Positions 12,621 to 26,975 are shown, counted from the stretch's first letter. The stretch is 64,000 nucleotides of DNA from Azolla caroliniana (GCA_043228905.1 JBHGNT010000002.1:25420001-25484000); one strand, 5' to 3'. Numbers and translations are program-made. Notes: generated by a model from the letters alone, not told the origin.

Positions 12621-15010
12621 TATGCTCAATATGGGGTTGAAAAAATAACATTCCATGATTAAAAGGCATAATGCTTATGACAACTTTCATTATTGGAAAT
12701 TTCTAGGTGGTTGTCAGGGGACAAATTAGCGATCTGTAGGTTGGCAATGCATTGTGCCCGTCATTTGCATTGGCCTTTACCAATTGGGACTATATAGCCC
12801 CATAATGATGAATGCATCTACATAGAGATGAAGGATGTCATGGGAACCCTCTTTGATTATGTGGTGAGCCAATAGGATACCATAGTCCATATATTATTGT
12901 AATTTGACTCTCGTAATTAACACGTTATTAATTACACACACACAAAGTCTACATATGAGACTTTAGCCATTGTATAGATGATGTTGATCCACACCTTCAG
13001 ATGCCAATGGGTCTTAAGGAAACAAGGCTAGCTATGTTATCATTTTACTTTCCTTCCTCTTTTCCTCATCCAGTCCAGAAGGTTCTCAACCACATTATAA
13101 AGACAAAGTGTTTATTGATGCCCCCAAAAACACAAGGTTTTGAATTGAATTATAAAGACAAAACAATCATTGGAGCCCCAAATTTAGCTTATAGACTCCC
13201 CCATTAGGCATGGTGGCTAGTAACACAATAATTAATTGTAGCCTTTCATGCTTTGTACATACTCAACTTTAAAATACATTTGATTCTTGGGATGACCACA
13301 TCCTTTTGGATAGGAACAATGTTTTTTTGCGCACCAAGTTTATAGAAAAAATGTGATTTGGTGTTAAACGAGGTGTGATATACATATTTGGAAAGGTTTA
13401 GTAGAGGTTAGGATATCTAAGTAGTGATGTAAATCTATTTATTAGAAACCCTATATTTATAGGGTACTTGAGAAAACTCTAAGAAAAACATAACCTCAAA
13501 ATGGTGGGATGAAATGGCTCTATCATTTTACTTGTTTATTGTCATGTGATTTGCGTAAGACCATATTCGTACGATCGCTCATTCTGGACATAACCCATAA
13601 ATCAATCAATCCACCCATACATCCCATCAGTCTCATTCAAGCACATATACAATCATATGTTATTTGGTTAGTTCCGGTGGTCACTCAACTAGCCGAGTCT
13701 TGAAGCATCCTTATGTATTTTGCTAGATTATTTTTGCCTTTTCTTCCAATATCTCAAGAGTTTACTTTTACCTTTAAGGTAACTTTGATTTTGGTTCTTT
13801 TTTATTTCAAGTGTGCAGGATTTACATTGGTGCATGGTAGCTAATTAATCCATGCTAGGTATTCAAAAGTTCAATGCATCACTAATGATATCAATATAAG
13901 TAGTGTTACTATCAACAAGAAAGTGTAGTCAAAATCAATTGGGAATGTAGAATAAAATTGGGGTTGTTACATGTACTTGATACGTATTATAATTGATTAC
14001 AAATCTCTTAATAATCTAAACAAAGCAACATAACAAAAATGTCAAAGCATCTTTAAGTAGTTGTTGGAATATCAAAATATTGAAATACTTGAAAAGGAAT
14101 GAGTACTCAATAGAGTACAACTTTTATTCTTTTTTGGGATGATCAAATCAATTTTCTAAAAAAACATGTTTTTGAACAAGTGGAATAGAACTCTATGCAT
14201 GGCTTTAGTCAAAATTTCTAGAATCTAGTATGATTGATAGAATAATAGCACATTTGTTTTGTTAGTTGTATTCAAGCCAAGGCATACATCAAACCCTTAA
14301 AGAACCTTTGCAAATTGATCCTTTTTATTAGCTTGCTAGGCTTTGAATCATGGTACACATGTATACAAGGACGATATTGACTTTGCCAATGAATTTCATC
14401 AAGATCTCCATTGTTTCCCAAGTACGTATCTCGGAGCTCGATTAATATACATGATTGAGATTAGTATAGCGTGTCGACAAGGTCATATTGAGATGTGCTA
14501 CCATTGATGCCACATTATTTAGATCATCTTGAAGTTCCGGGTGTACTTTTAAAATGAGCTTAGCGACAAGATGACAATTATCAATTTTCTAAGGGGAGGG
14601 GAGAACCCTTACCCTTGAGATTCAGTGAAATATCGATTTAGGTTTTACAAACTTTTGGATGATTTACTAAATTCAGCCATAACGTTTGATAACATTTCAT
14701 ATTCAACATAACCATATATAAACTTCTTGATATGTGACATATTTGCGATGATTATACGCCTTGCGGAGAACACATGATGCCCTCATTGGTCGGCAAATTA
14801 GGAATTCCCCCAAAGACACGAGGCTCATATAGATCGACCAAGAAGCATATGAATCAGTAAAGGACTAGCGAAATTGTCGAGCATACAGTGGTGCGCTCAT
14901 TACTTGTGATTGACAAAGATGAAGTTTCCGCGAACAAACAAATGAGGGTTGGTTGGCGCCATTCGAGAGGGGCATATCGAAACCGTGGGACAAAGGGACT
15001 TGTGGAATCT

Positions 15011-15012
<2 letters not shown>

Positions 15013-15061
<49 letters not shown>
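15013..15061. repeat. (GA)n microsatellite upstream of the EPFL gene
   Basis: Perfect GA run seen directly. Confidence 0.95.
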
Positions 15062-15066
<5 letters not shown>

Positions 15067-15283
15067 AGATTCCTTTCACATTGTATATGGATCAATAAAT
15101 ATGTTCTCATATATATAGATTTTTCATCATTCATCATTCATTCATCATCCATCATCCATCATCAACCATCATTCATCAGTCATCATTATAATTTCTCATT
15201 TGTCACCCATCCATTATCATCAGGGGATGCATGCCATGAATTGTCTTAATGTTCTAATTCCTCACATGTAGTTATAACTTATA

Positions 15284-16296
15284 ATGATGAGTCTACATTT
15301 AAATCATTTGATGACACTTAATCCACTTATCTGCATAATATTCCTTGTAATCAGTTTCCCCATAACTTCTGCGACTACAGCTGCACTAGTACAAAGTAAT
15401 GATCAGTATCAAAAACTTTAGGCTTTGCAAAATACTGTTGCAATAAATAATGTATGTGTGTGTGCGCGCGCGCTAGCTGGATCCACTTAGAGGTTAAGAT
15501 ATGCTTTTAATCTAGGAACAAATCATTAGGGTTTATGTGATTTGATGTGAAATTCATGAATGCGATAAAATAAGAGTTATATATGTATGTATGTATGTAT
15601 CGATATATGTATGTATGTATCTATATATGTATGTATGCATGAGCAATTTTATAATTGGGACCAAATTTAGGGTTTATATGCTCATATGTATGTATGTATG
15701 TATGTATGTATATATGTATGTATGTGTGTATCTATGTATGTATGTATGTATGTATGTATGTATGTATGTATGTATGCATGAGCAATTTTATAATTAGGAC
15801 CAAATTTAGGGATTATATGCTCATGAGATTGACATGTTTCTTTTGTAATTCTTATTTAGAGGAGAATGGCAACATTAGTGTGGTAGGTCAACATGGAGGA
15901 TGGGCAAGCCGTGGGACTAGACTTGGGTACACCCGCTCGGATCGTATAAACAAGGATCGGGCTTTGTACGCATCGGGCAACAACACAAAGCGGGGGCCGC
16001 TAGGGTCGGGCCCGCCCAATTGCATGGGCGGTTGCGGGGCTTGCAAGCCGTGCTTGGCAGTGCACGTGCCAGTGAGGGCTCGACACCAGGCCATGGCCAT
16101 GGGTGACATTAATGACAATGACACTAGGCATGGGGGGTGTTGGAATTATGGGAACCGGCGCGATCACAAGCATGGTAGGCGTCATCGGGGTCATCGGCAT
16201 CCACGTGCCTCCAATGGCCTCATGGAGTACTACCCCGAGAGGTGGAAATGCAAGTGCAAGAACAAGGTCTACATGCCTCCAACAACATCTATCTAG
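15284..16296 (+). CDS. EPFL: EPF/EPFL-family cysteine-rich secreted peptide; exons 15284-15395 and 15860-16296 (182 aa)
   Basis: Exon 1 encodes a signal-peptide-like stretch, MMSLHLNHLMTLNPLICIIFLVISFPITSA. A phase-1 intron (gtaatg..tttag) joins in frame. The mature region has GSGPPNCMGGCGACKPC.AVHVP..YYPERWKCKCKNKVYMP, the canonical EPFL pattern. Confidence 0.88.
15580..15825. repeat. (TATG)n microsatellites with a duplicated ~50-bp spacer in the EPFL intron
   Basis: TATG runs are each followed by gcatgagcaattttataatt.ggaccaaatttaggg.ttatatgctcat, which occurs twice. Confidence 0.85.
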
Positions 16297-16528
16297 AGAG
16301 TGTCCTTTTAAAAAAAAAAAAAACCCTAGATATATGTAGCCTTTGTCACCCTCTTTTTTTGCACTTTGGTCATATATATTGCATGAACTAGCTCTAGCAC
16401 TAGTTGTTGGTTGTAACTAATATATACATACAATATCTAGCCTTTCCTTGTATCACTTACTTGAACCCCATGACATTCATGTAAAAATAGCACAAGCAAC
16501 CAATTTATCATTACACCCTCATGTCTAA

Positions 16529-16564
<36 letters not shown>

Positions 16565-19061
16565 TGTTTCAAAGTTTATAACTTTCCGACAAGGTTCCCT
16601 AATCAACATAATTTGGATCCTCGATGTTGTCTCTCGGAAGTCCCTTATATTGTTCATTTGCTTCACACTTTAGATTTGTGAGTTTTTTTGAGAAGAACCA
16701 CCATGTAACAACACCAAATAAACAACCATATTGGTCAAGTTCATAAGGTAGAGGTCATATATGCTTAGTAACCACACAAAGAAGATAAAGACTTTTGAAG
16801 ATAGTCTATGGAGACACATAATAGTGATAATACAATCAAGACTTAAGGATACTGTATTACGTCACATAATAGTAGTCATAGGTACATGCTATTAAATTCT
16901 TCCATAAACATACACATGTTCATATTTTTTGTGGCTTTGAATATTAATCTATAATTGTATTGAAAAAACAAACTTCCCCCTACACAAATCGGATAAAATT
17001 TTCACTTTTGCATTTCTTGAGAAATGACGAATTACATTTAAATGATTTGTCTCTAAAGTTACATGTGTATCTCGTTTGTGATGAAATGTTCTAGGAAAAG
17101 CCATATTGTTATGGATGCTGCTTTATTTGTTTTATCGTTTGACAATGATGCCATACTTTAAACCACGTTAGAAACTCGAAGCATAGAGATTTCGATTCTC
17201 CAACTTGTAACAACATTTAATGATTGAATTTGGATTATGCAACTATCATAAGGAAAGATCAAATGAATATACCCTAGGTTTCGTAGAAAACAAGAATATA
17301 TATGATACATGCATTTAGTCATGTCATTCTTTGTGCTATACAAGACAAGCTCTTAATATTGCGTCATATTTCATGACAAAACAATGATTTGTGTATTTGT
17401 GACTCTTCTTCGATAGATGGCTCGTGTCACAAAAACATGTCTATGGATGTGATGTGTATGTGTTTGTGCATGCCTAGTTGAGAAACCATAGTTTCAATCC
17501 AAGTATACTTAAGTAATGTCTAGTGTCTAAGTGTCCTAAAATCTTGGGCATCCTAATTTGCAAGGTATTGGTTTAAATCAATCAAAAAATCTTCTACCTC
17601 TCCATTAGACTAGGTTCAAACAAGTGTTGGGAGTTGGTATGGTTCTATAAAGATGATCCCATGCCTTTTAATTATTATCAATTATCATTGTTGGTGACTT
17701 GTATCGTCCCTCTATGTTCGTAAGTATATGATGCATCCATGAAGCTATGACATTATAGATAACATATTTCCTCTAAAGTAACAACACAAGCATATGGTGC
17801 TTGGATGGAATTGCCACCGATTGTTTTCTTTGAGAAAAGACGGTACCCACATTTTCGTTACAATGCCCCACCACTATTGGAGAACATATACTTATGTAGT
17901 ATTTCGCTAGACAACAATACACTTCATGGAACTACGCACAAAGTTGCTATCTACCTTGCAAAAGTTCTTGCCATGGAGAACATATATACCTCATGATAAT
18001 TTAGAAAAAGCAATACTTATATATCATGATGATTTAGAATTGATCAACAAACTTTACCATGACGCTATTTTTTATAACAATTGTGGTTGCATCACTCAAA
18101 TCCTACTAAGTTTCAATAACTCCTTGAAATAGCATGTGTAAATTCTCTCTACAAGATCAACAACTAACATTCACATTGCACCACTGATTTGAGATAGTTC
18201 TATTTGTGTATGGTTTAGATATTGTGATAAGTTGCAATTCTTTTTAAGAATTTCAACACACACTTTTTGATTTTGACCCCACATTACTCCACAAATGTGG
18301 ACAATGCTCTTTGGAAAAAGTTATATGACGCACCAGGTGGCACCAATACAAAAACAACCTGAGTACATGTTTCGTGTTGTGGTGGTTAGAGAAACCAAAA
18401 ATAGGTAGTGAACAACATATAGTAAGGAGAATATAGCTCTAGGGGGAAATGGGCACCTAGAGATAGCGTCCTAGAGAGGTTCCATCACTAATGATTGGGC
18501 CTCTTTGGATCGCTTGAATGCCTTTAAGGAAAGGATGTTTGAACATCCATTAGATCTCACACGAATCGCTTCATCGCTAACAGGAGAAATGTCTACTTGA
18601 ATGATGCAATTTTACAATTAATGACAAATCTAGACATAGTTGTAAAAGCGCAAAGAGCTAAACTATTATGAATGCGTGAATGTTAATCATGGTACATATA
18701 ATTTAAGGTGATGATGAAGCCCATTGACTGCATTTGATGTCCTCGGTGGTCCAAACATGGAAACAATTATTTCCATTGTTGGTTGTTGACATGGCCAATA
18801 TTCATCAACATTCCTCTACTCACTTGATGACCCAATACATTGTTTCTAATGGCAATGTGAATAGTAACCCAATGAAAGCTCCCTTATAATCAACACTCTA
18901 TCTACGCAAAGATGACATTTCAAGAAGTTATTGGTGGACATGTGGACACATGGAAGAAATGAATAATGTGTTATCATTGTTGCATCCCTTGTGCTACTAT
19001 AGGGTTGACTGCCCAAGCTTATAAATCATGAGCAAACCTTCGCTATCGTGATACGGGTTAG

Positions 19062-19526
19062 TAACAATCGACAATGGTTCGGTTTGAACTGAACCGAACT
19101 GCGAAATTACGGTTTAACGATTTAACGGTTTAGTTCAGGTTTAGGTTTTTTTAAACGGTTCAGTTCAGTTTGGTTTCAACAACCAAAAACCGCGGTTTAA
19201 GTGATTAAAACGGTTTTTAATTTTTAAAAAAAATAATTTAAAACAAATTCTAAAAAAATTTCAAATTGTATTTAAACAATCTTTTCATTTTTACACCTTA
19301 TTCTCACATTTTAGGAACATCTAAAAAAATAAAAAAAATGCTAAATAATGAAATATTATAAATTTTAAAAAATACAAAATTTGACCTATTTTGAAAACCG
19401 AAACCGAACCACAAAAACGTGGTTTTTACGGTTTAGCGGTTTGGTTCAGGTTTAAAAAAATTTTAAAGGTTCGGTTTGGACCCTCTCAAACCAAACCAAA
19501 CCAAACTGAACCGTTGCTGATTGTTA
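19062..19526. mobile_element. hAT-type MITE, copy 1 (465 bp)
   Basis: TIRs are taacaatcgacaatggttcggtttg / caaactgaaccgttgctgattgtta. The 8-bp TSD is cgggttag / caggttag (1 mismatch). AACCG/CGGTT subterminal repeats flank an AT-rich core. Confidence 0.88.
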
Positions 19527-20082
19527 CAGGTTAGTCTTTTCCATAACTATCGAGGGCAATGAGGGACATATGTGGGCATGCATGTGCATGCCAAAATTGA
19601 ACTGTAATTAGTTCAAGGTTTAAGATATTTTAAGAAAAACTATGAGATGAGTATTGGTTTAACCATATGTCAAAACTCATGTAGTGGTTTTACTGAAGAT
19701 AATCTTTGTTCACATGGTTACATCAAAGTTGCATGATGGTCATGGCTATCCACATAATCTTATGTCTATTCATAACACTGCACAGAGACATTGTAACATA
19801 TATTTACAAGCATCGACAATCTAGGTTGTAAATGAATCACAAGCTGAGCCAAGGGCTTCTTAATTTGATCCAATTTGCGCCATCAATATTTATATCACAA
19901 TTATCCTTTCGTACCCATTTAATATGGTACACTTTTTCATCATGAGAGTGATATCCTGACATACCCCTTAATAAATACAACCTCTTTTTATATGAGAAGC
20001 ACCTTCCATATCACCATGATACCCTTTCCCTTCATCATCATTTCATTATGTTTTGTCTCACATCAGCATTCAAATGAGCATA

Positions 20083-23000
20083 TCAAAGAGCACTTTCTGA
20101 TTTCTTCCCTTTCATGGTCCAATCAGGCGGGAATACCGTTTCAACCGCCCTTGTCAATTCACCCGGATGATGCTCGGCTCTCTTAAGGTACTTCTCCCAA
20201 GTCACCGCTGTATCAGTATCCACACAAAACCCTTGGCTGGCCATTTCTTCACATACATTCGAAATGCTCGATACAACACTATCCCGAGCAACAGACGCCC
20301 TTGATAACAACGAGTTCAATAGACAATGATACACAGCATAATCTGGCACTATGCCGTCAGCCTTCATCTGTTCAAAGCACAGAACAGCCTTTTCTGGAAA
20401 TGAAGCTGACGCCCAGCCTTTCACTAGTGTGGTGTATGTTAAGATATTAGGTTTCACCCCAGCATCAACCATCTCATGGAAAGTTTCCATAGCTTTCTGC
20501 ATAAACCACATGAAGGTTTTACCATGGAGAAGACTACTACGCAAAATTCTCTCTCATATTGCACAAACACTAGAAATCAGAGATGTTTACCTCCATGTTT
20601 CCTGCTTTACAGCATGCATTTATAAATGTTGTGTAAGTGCGGACATCAGGCTCAATACCATCCTTCTTCATTTGCTGCAGTACATCTCCTGCTTCCCACA
20701 TATCACCTCTCTGAGCCCACCTGATTAGAAGGAGCGATGGAAAACAATACAATGATCATCAGACTAGATCGTCTGATCTAAAACCCTCTCTTTTTAGAGC
20801 ATAAGTGCATTGCGTTTAAGGGAACCCATATAATAATCTGTAAATAGAGTCATATTGGCAAGATAAAAACTTGGAGTACAGTTTTAACAGTATTTATTGT
20901 TACCCATCCAGCAAGATATTATAGATGTAAGCATTCCTTGTCAAACCAGCATTAGCCATCTCTTTTGTCACAGCTAATGCGCTTTGCATGCGTCCAGATT
21001 TGCAACAACCCTTGAGCAATGCTCCATATGTGAGAATATCAGGTTTCAGACCCTCTTGCTTGAGCTTTTGGAAGTATTCAAATGCAGTTCCAACTTCCCC
21101 TGCCTGCGCATATCCTTCCATTATAGTAGTATATGTACGCTCATCTGGTGGAATCCCCGCCAAAATCATTTGATCGACAATTGATGCACCCTTTTTCACC
21201 TAAACCAAAAGATAGAATTCAAGAATTTACACAACATATGAAATATGTCTTACACATAACTGGTTTTTTGTAGAGGTTACGTTTGACACAAATTTGAGAG
21301 GCAACTTTCATGCCAAGATCTAAGCTAGAATCCAGCAACAAAGAACGCACTCAGAACGTGCTGGTTGGGAAAGTGTCTCCAATAACATCATCCCAATGAC
21401 AAGCATGTCGTCATCTATGAATATGATCAATTTTAATGTGAATAAAAAACAGAATATAAATATCATCTATGAACCATGTGCTAAAGCACAGAGAGCACAA
21501 CACATCCCCTCTATGGTTCCGACAAAAGTTTGGCTATCTCTTGTAAAAGTTTTGTTTTCCCAAGCCTAGTAAAAAAACAAATTCACCCCATCTTGGGCAT
21601 TAAAGCTGGGCTCTTTCCAGAGTCAAGAATCCACTAGTATGTACCAAACAAACATGCCTCTCAGGTGACAAATCAAAATGTATGGAAAATCAGTTACTAC
21701 TTGGGTTTCATGCTGTAAGAGTACTATCCAAGATTTCTAATGTATGGAGTTGATCTATTTTGCTAAGAAGGCTGGTTATATGCACACAATTGTCATAACC
21801 AATATGATTTCATGCCTAAGCGAAATTACCTATTTCACAAGGTAATCAAGAACATTCACGAGAAAGTTATTTCTGTGCATGATGGCAGGATAACTTTATT
21901 TGTGTAAGGGTATCATATGCATCTAATAAAATCTCAAAAAACATGAACTCACAAGACATAAAACTTCAACAAACCTTTCCCTCTTGCATGAGACCGTTAA
22001 TTAACACATTGTAGGTCACCCGGCTTGGTGGACATCCAGCCTTTCTCATATCATTGATCATCTTCAATGCCATCTGCAAGTCACCGGATTTCACAAAAGC
22101 ATCCATGATGATAGTAAAGCTTTCAGGGGTAGGTTTCAAACCCTCTTTTGCCATTCTACTCAAAAGGCCAAGTGCACGATCAATCTGTTTGTTTTTGCAG
22201 AATGCATTGATAAGGACATTGTAAGTTATTACATCTGGCTTCAACCTGGCCTTAGTCATTTCCTCAAACAATTTGAATGCATTTGCACTGTCATCTTTAT
22301 GTACATATCCATTGATCAGCATTGTGTATGTTAATCTGTTTTGAGGTACTCCATTATCCTCCATCATCTGCACAACTTCCAATGCCTTTGGCATCTTCCC
22401 AGACTGCACATAATGAAAAATAGCAAGATAAACATTACCACTCTAATGGGTAGTGTCATGATTGTTTTCACTCATGTCAAGAGTTTTGAGCATGCACTAA
22501 ATAAAACGGAAATAGATGAAGGGTTATGATTTCCTAATGACCTGTCCACAGATTATCCATATTGGACTTGATCCAGTCAGCTAGGGTGAATGCCTCTTAG
22601 CATAAATTTTCCAAATCAAGGACGGAAATATTTGAACTATACACTTGTTTTGAGCTTTTTTGAACTTTACACTCCTTATTTACAAGATGGTCCATTGAGA
22701 ACATGCAGGAATTGCTTTGAGGTTTTTTGTACTATACAATTGTTATTTTACAAGATAGTACATTGAGAACATGCAGGTACAATAGCATGGCGATGTGCAA
22801 AATGAGGGCAATAATCCCAACCAATCTGAAGCTGCCTGAGGAATATGCGGTGTATGATTATATGCACCCACCCAGTATGGCAATTGGATGAGAAATAAAA
22901 TTCGGGTTAGCATGGTAAAGCTTTTCAAACTCATCTCCAGATGAACTAAACTTGATTTAATGAAGTTCAGACTGATACTAACTGAAATTTGATTAGCAAG

Positions 23001-26000
23001 TCAACTTCAATATTGATAATTAAGAATAAATTTTGAGCATGACAATGCAAGTGATGTTTGTGAAGCATCTTAAGTTCAATTTGTGAAGTATATTGTATTG
23101 GTTTTGCAAAGCCTCTTGTTCACAATTAAAGAAAGCATTTTACTACAAGAGATTGAAGAATAACTGAGAAGATATACCTTACAATACAAATTGATCAAAG
23201 ACCCAAAGCTGTACACAGATGGTTTGAATCCAGCTTCCTAATTAAACGAAAGAAAAGCAACTGATAAGAAGGGGGTACATAATAAAAAAATTCAATCATT
23301 TTTTTGCTTTTCTAAACAGAAGAGCATTAAGGTGCACTGATTTCATATCACATTTGGTATTGCTTCAAACAATGATTTATGCACAATTTGGAACCAAAAA
23401 CATTTACCTTAAGTTTCTCAAAGAAATAAAGGCACTTTGACTCATCCTGAAGGTTAGCATATCCATCTATCAGTGTGTCAAACGTTAACCCCTTCAGCTC
23501 AATACCTTCACTCTCCATTTCAGTTAAAAGGGCTTCGGCTTCCTTCATATTGCCAGATTTGCTGAAGGAAGGGAGGCAAAAGAAACCTATTATCAAACTG
23601 AAACCTTTCGGGAAATTCTCATGTACCAGTTCCTAAACAACATCAAACCTCATCATTCAAAATATAAAATAATAAATATTTACATAGGAATGCAGATGTT
23701 TCGTCTTTTAACTTTTTTATGAATCCATCACCTTCGACACTATAGGCATCCATCTGAGGGGAATGAGATTTCTAAATTCCTTTGTAGTTGCTTACCATTG
23801 AGCATGGATTATTGAGTTGAAGGCAACATCATTCAATGGGATCCCAGACTTTTTCAACTCTTTGAACCAGAATTCTGCAGATCTTCCAAGAATATTGGAG
23901 AAAGACAAGTCAGTTGTGATTGAAGAATAACCTTCACACACACAAGAACGTATAAAGGGAAACTTCACCATAAGACAGGGTAATATCAGACATCGTTTCA
24001 TCTAAAGCATTAGGAATGGGAACTGAAATTTACTCAGCATTGCCCTCCTTTCCGAAGCCTGAGATAAGGATGCAATAGGTTGCAATCGTCGGTTTGATGC
24101 CTTCATCAACCATTTCGGTGAAACAAGAGATCGCCCCTTTCATGTCTCGTGCGACAGCATAAGCATGTATTAGACTGTAAATTGAGCATACAACATTGAA
24201 ATATACAACATATGAGTAAAAGAGTAGCAAACAAATTAAAAATCAAGAACCAAGTGCAGGGAAAATTTTAACATGTTTTACGAGATGATAACCCCACCAC
24301 AATGTTTTCACTAACCTTGTAAAAGCATATGAACTTGGGTCAATTCCTATTCCTCTCATGCTCTCAAATGTTGCACGTGCGCTGTGCTTGTCTCCGCGTT
24401 TAGCATAATAACCAACAAGAAGGCAAAAATCTCTCCTTTTTGGCTACAAATAAAAAGTGTTATTTTATTGCTTTAGAGATTATGTAAGATTAATAATGAC
24501 CTTGTAGTGGTAAATAATGAATATAACTAAGGCAATCTCAGATATTTCTGGCCATCCAATGTTAGAGTGACGATCTAATGTAAGCATATGATAAGGATAT
24601 AATATATATGAAATAAGAAAGGAGAGAGAGAAAGAAGGGTGCCGATCCACCCGACCACCCCCGAGCGAAGGGATCGAGACGGACTCCAGCCTCAATCAGC
24701 GTCCCATACCACCGCCGTAGCATCGAGTCGTACTTGGTGCTGGCACGCTCGCTACAAGAGTTGACCCACCATGAAACAGAGTCTCGACGTAGTCAAGAGA
24801 TGATGAAATGAGGGTAGCTAGGCCTCATATTTATAGCGAGACCCAAGGCCCCCAAGCAAGTTTACACTTGGCCTAATGGGTTGTCTCAATCCTGACGATT
24901 AAAAGTAATATTCCCCTTCTTTACACTCTCGTTTAACCCTCACATTTATCCACGTGTATAGAATACTATGGTAAATTCTCACCACGGGATATTATATGGT
25001 CATGCCTGTAACATCCAAAGAGAACATTCTTTACCCATCTGGAAAGTTATATTCCAGTTGTAAACCCTTGTGAAGTCATATTGGTGAGTTTGCAAATTCT
25101 TTAAACAGCAAGCAACATTGTGGGAAGAAAAATGAGAGGATTAAAGGAGATTTACAAGAGCTTATTTGGTTTCAACCTACCATAAACCTATATGAAAAGA
25201 ATTTAGGAATTCTTGAAGGCTCCATCAAGCACACTATAGTTATGCTTTGTCATGGTCATTCCAGATTTTCTATACATCATTTGAGGGGGGGAAAAGCACC
25301 AAACCATATTGTTACATGGTTGTTGAGATGATTGATCTAAAGGATCATAAATTATGTGAATAAATACAAAAACATGCCAAACGTGCACACAGAGTCATTG
25401 ATAAAAACACATCATTAATTTGAGACTATGTTGTACACACCTAAATCCAAATTAATAATTGAAAACATCAACCATTCCAATTTTGTTGGAAGCCTCTACA
25501 ACCATTCAAGCAATCAAAGTAAAAATTCTTGAATTTTGTTGAAATTTTGTATAGCCAATCTAATAAAGAAACCACACCTTTTCAATTTTGTTGAATGCCT
25601 CTACAACCAATCTCCTACTTGTCGGGTTTCCTTCAATGAAATTCCGGAAGTTCCTAGAAGCTTCCTCACGATTGGAATGCCATTCTGACAAAAAACTCAT
25701 TTTTCCATCTTCAAGCCATTGCTTTCTACTCTCGATTTTCTTTCTTGATCTCCTTCCATCATCTAGTTTCACAGTGAGCTTTCTACCATGGAACAACGTT
25801 CCATTGAGCTCAGCAGCTTTCAAGGCTGAATTAGTAGCACTAGGCCCTCCATATATCACAAAGCAATAACCTTTGTTCTTCTCAGGGTCAGAATGATCTT
25901 TTATTAGGATGAGATCCTTCAATGGACCGAACTGTCGAAAATGCTCAGCAATGATGCCCTTTGGTATTAGAGGGGGTATGTTGGCAACAAAAATTTTGCC

Positions 26001-26732
26001 GGGCTCAGGACCCACATCATCAAGATTTTCACTGAGATTCTCGTCAAAAAGATTCCCAGGCTTTTGATCCATATCAACATTATTGTTGGGTTTTTCCACA
26101 AAATGCTTACTGCACTCAGGACTCATATCAAGATTCTTCACAAAATCCTTACTGGGTTCGAGACCCACATCAAGATTCTCAACAAAACTCTTACCTTGCT
26201 CAGAGCCCACGACATGAATTCCTTCCTCGGGATCTCCATTGAGATTTTTTATTAAAATCTTACCATTCTTAGGACCAGTATCCACATCCTCGAAAAGAAC
26301 ATTACCTAGAGATTCTCTCTGGTTTTCTTTTACTTCAGATTCTTCTTCACTTTGAGGCATTTCAGAAACCCAATTCGACACTTCCAAACCACAATCAATG
26401 TCTCTTCCATATTCCTCTTCTTCATGGGGAGATTTAACAGAGAAGAGGTCGGGGCGACGCAGAGGAGATGAAGGAGGAGGAAGAGGCATAGAGATGTCCA
26501 TGAAAGCTCGTTTGTCCTTTTCTTTACCTTTCCGAGAAGAAGAAGAAGAAGAAGAAGAAAGGAAAGATAAAGGGTTTCTTTGGGTCGAATCAGGTGTAGA
26601 AGATATAGTAACATTGCTATCTGAAGAGGCATAAGGAAGCCCTAATCTTGCACAGAGAGAATCCGCACAAGAAGAAGAAGAAGAAGGGAAAGGAGTGCAA
26701 GTTATGGATATGGCCAATTGAAGGATGGCCAT
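20083..26732 (-). CDS. PPR4: PPR4-like chloroplast RRM + P-class PPR protein, 10 exons (26732-25578, 24443-24316, 24174-24034, 23882-23796, 23561-23408, 23237-23178, 22403-21975, 21199-20904, 20720-20591, 20496-20083), ~997 aa
   Basis: It has a Ser-rich transit-peptide-like N-terminus and an RRM (KIFVANIP..NKGYCFVIY..LFHGRKLTVKLDDGRR). The PPR tract matches At5g04810/ZmPPR4 motifs (SLIHAYAVARDM, GCCKSGRMQSALAVTKEM, WAQRGDMWEA, FPPDW). All introns are GT-AG and frame-consistent. Confidence 0.92.
24560..25013 (-). mobile_element. Solo LTR (454 bp) in PPR4 intron 1
   Basis: The ends are TGTTAGAG..CTGTAACA (TG..CA with short inverted repeats), with a perfect 5-bp TSD tccaa at 24555-24559 and 25014-25018. 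A minus-strand TATA (ctataaat) lies near 24830. The element is GC-richer than the surrounding intron. Confidence 0.88.
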
Positions 26733-26975
26733 TGTTTTGCTTCACAAGAGGAGAGAGGAAGAGAGCATAGTGAAGGAATTGGTGATAGGTTTCATTACAG
26801 TTCCTTTCGGGATTTTAATCTATTATCCATTAGGTCATTTAAAGAAAAATAAAAGACCTTCATATTCAGTCTAAATTCTATCTAATCTAGTTTTCACCCA
26901 GGGGAGCAAATAAAATGGATTTTGTTCATGTCTCGATGATATTGCCGGAGACCACGGGGCAATGGAAGAGAGTAG

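Noticed and set aside
15591-15859. N-terminal part of the 213-aa ORF (MYVC repeats) as coding
   Set aside because: It is the translation of the intronic (TATG)n microsatellite. The real exon starts at 15860.
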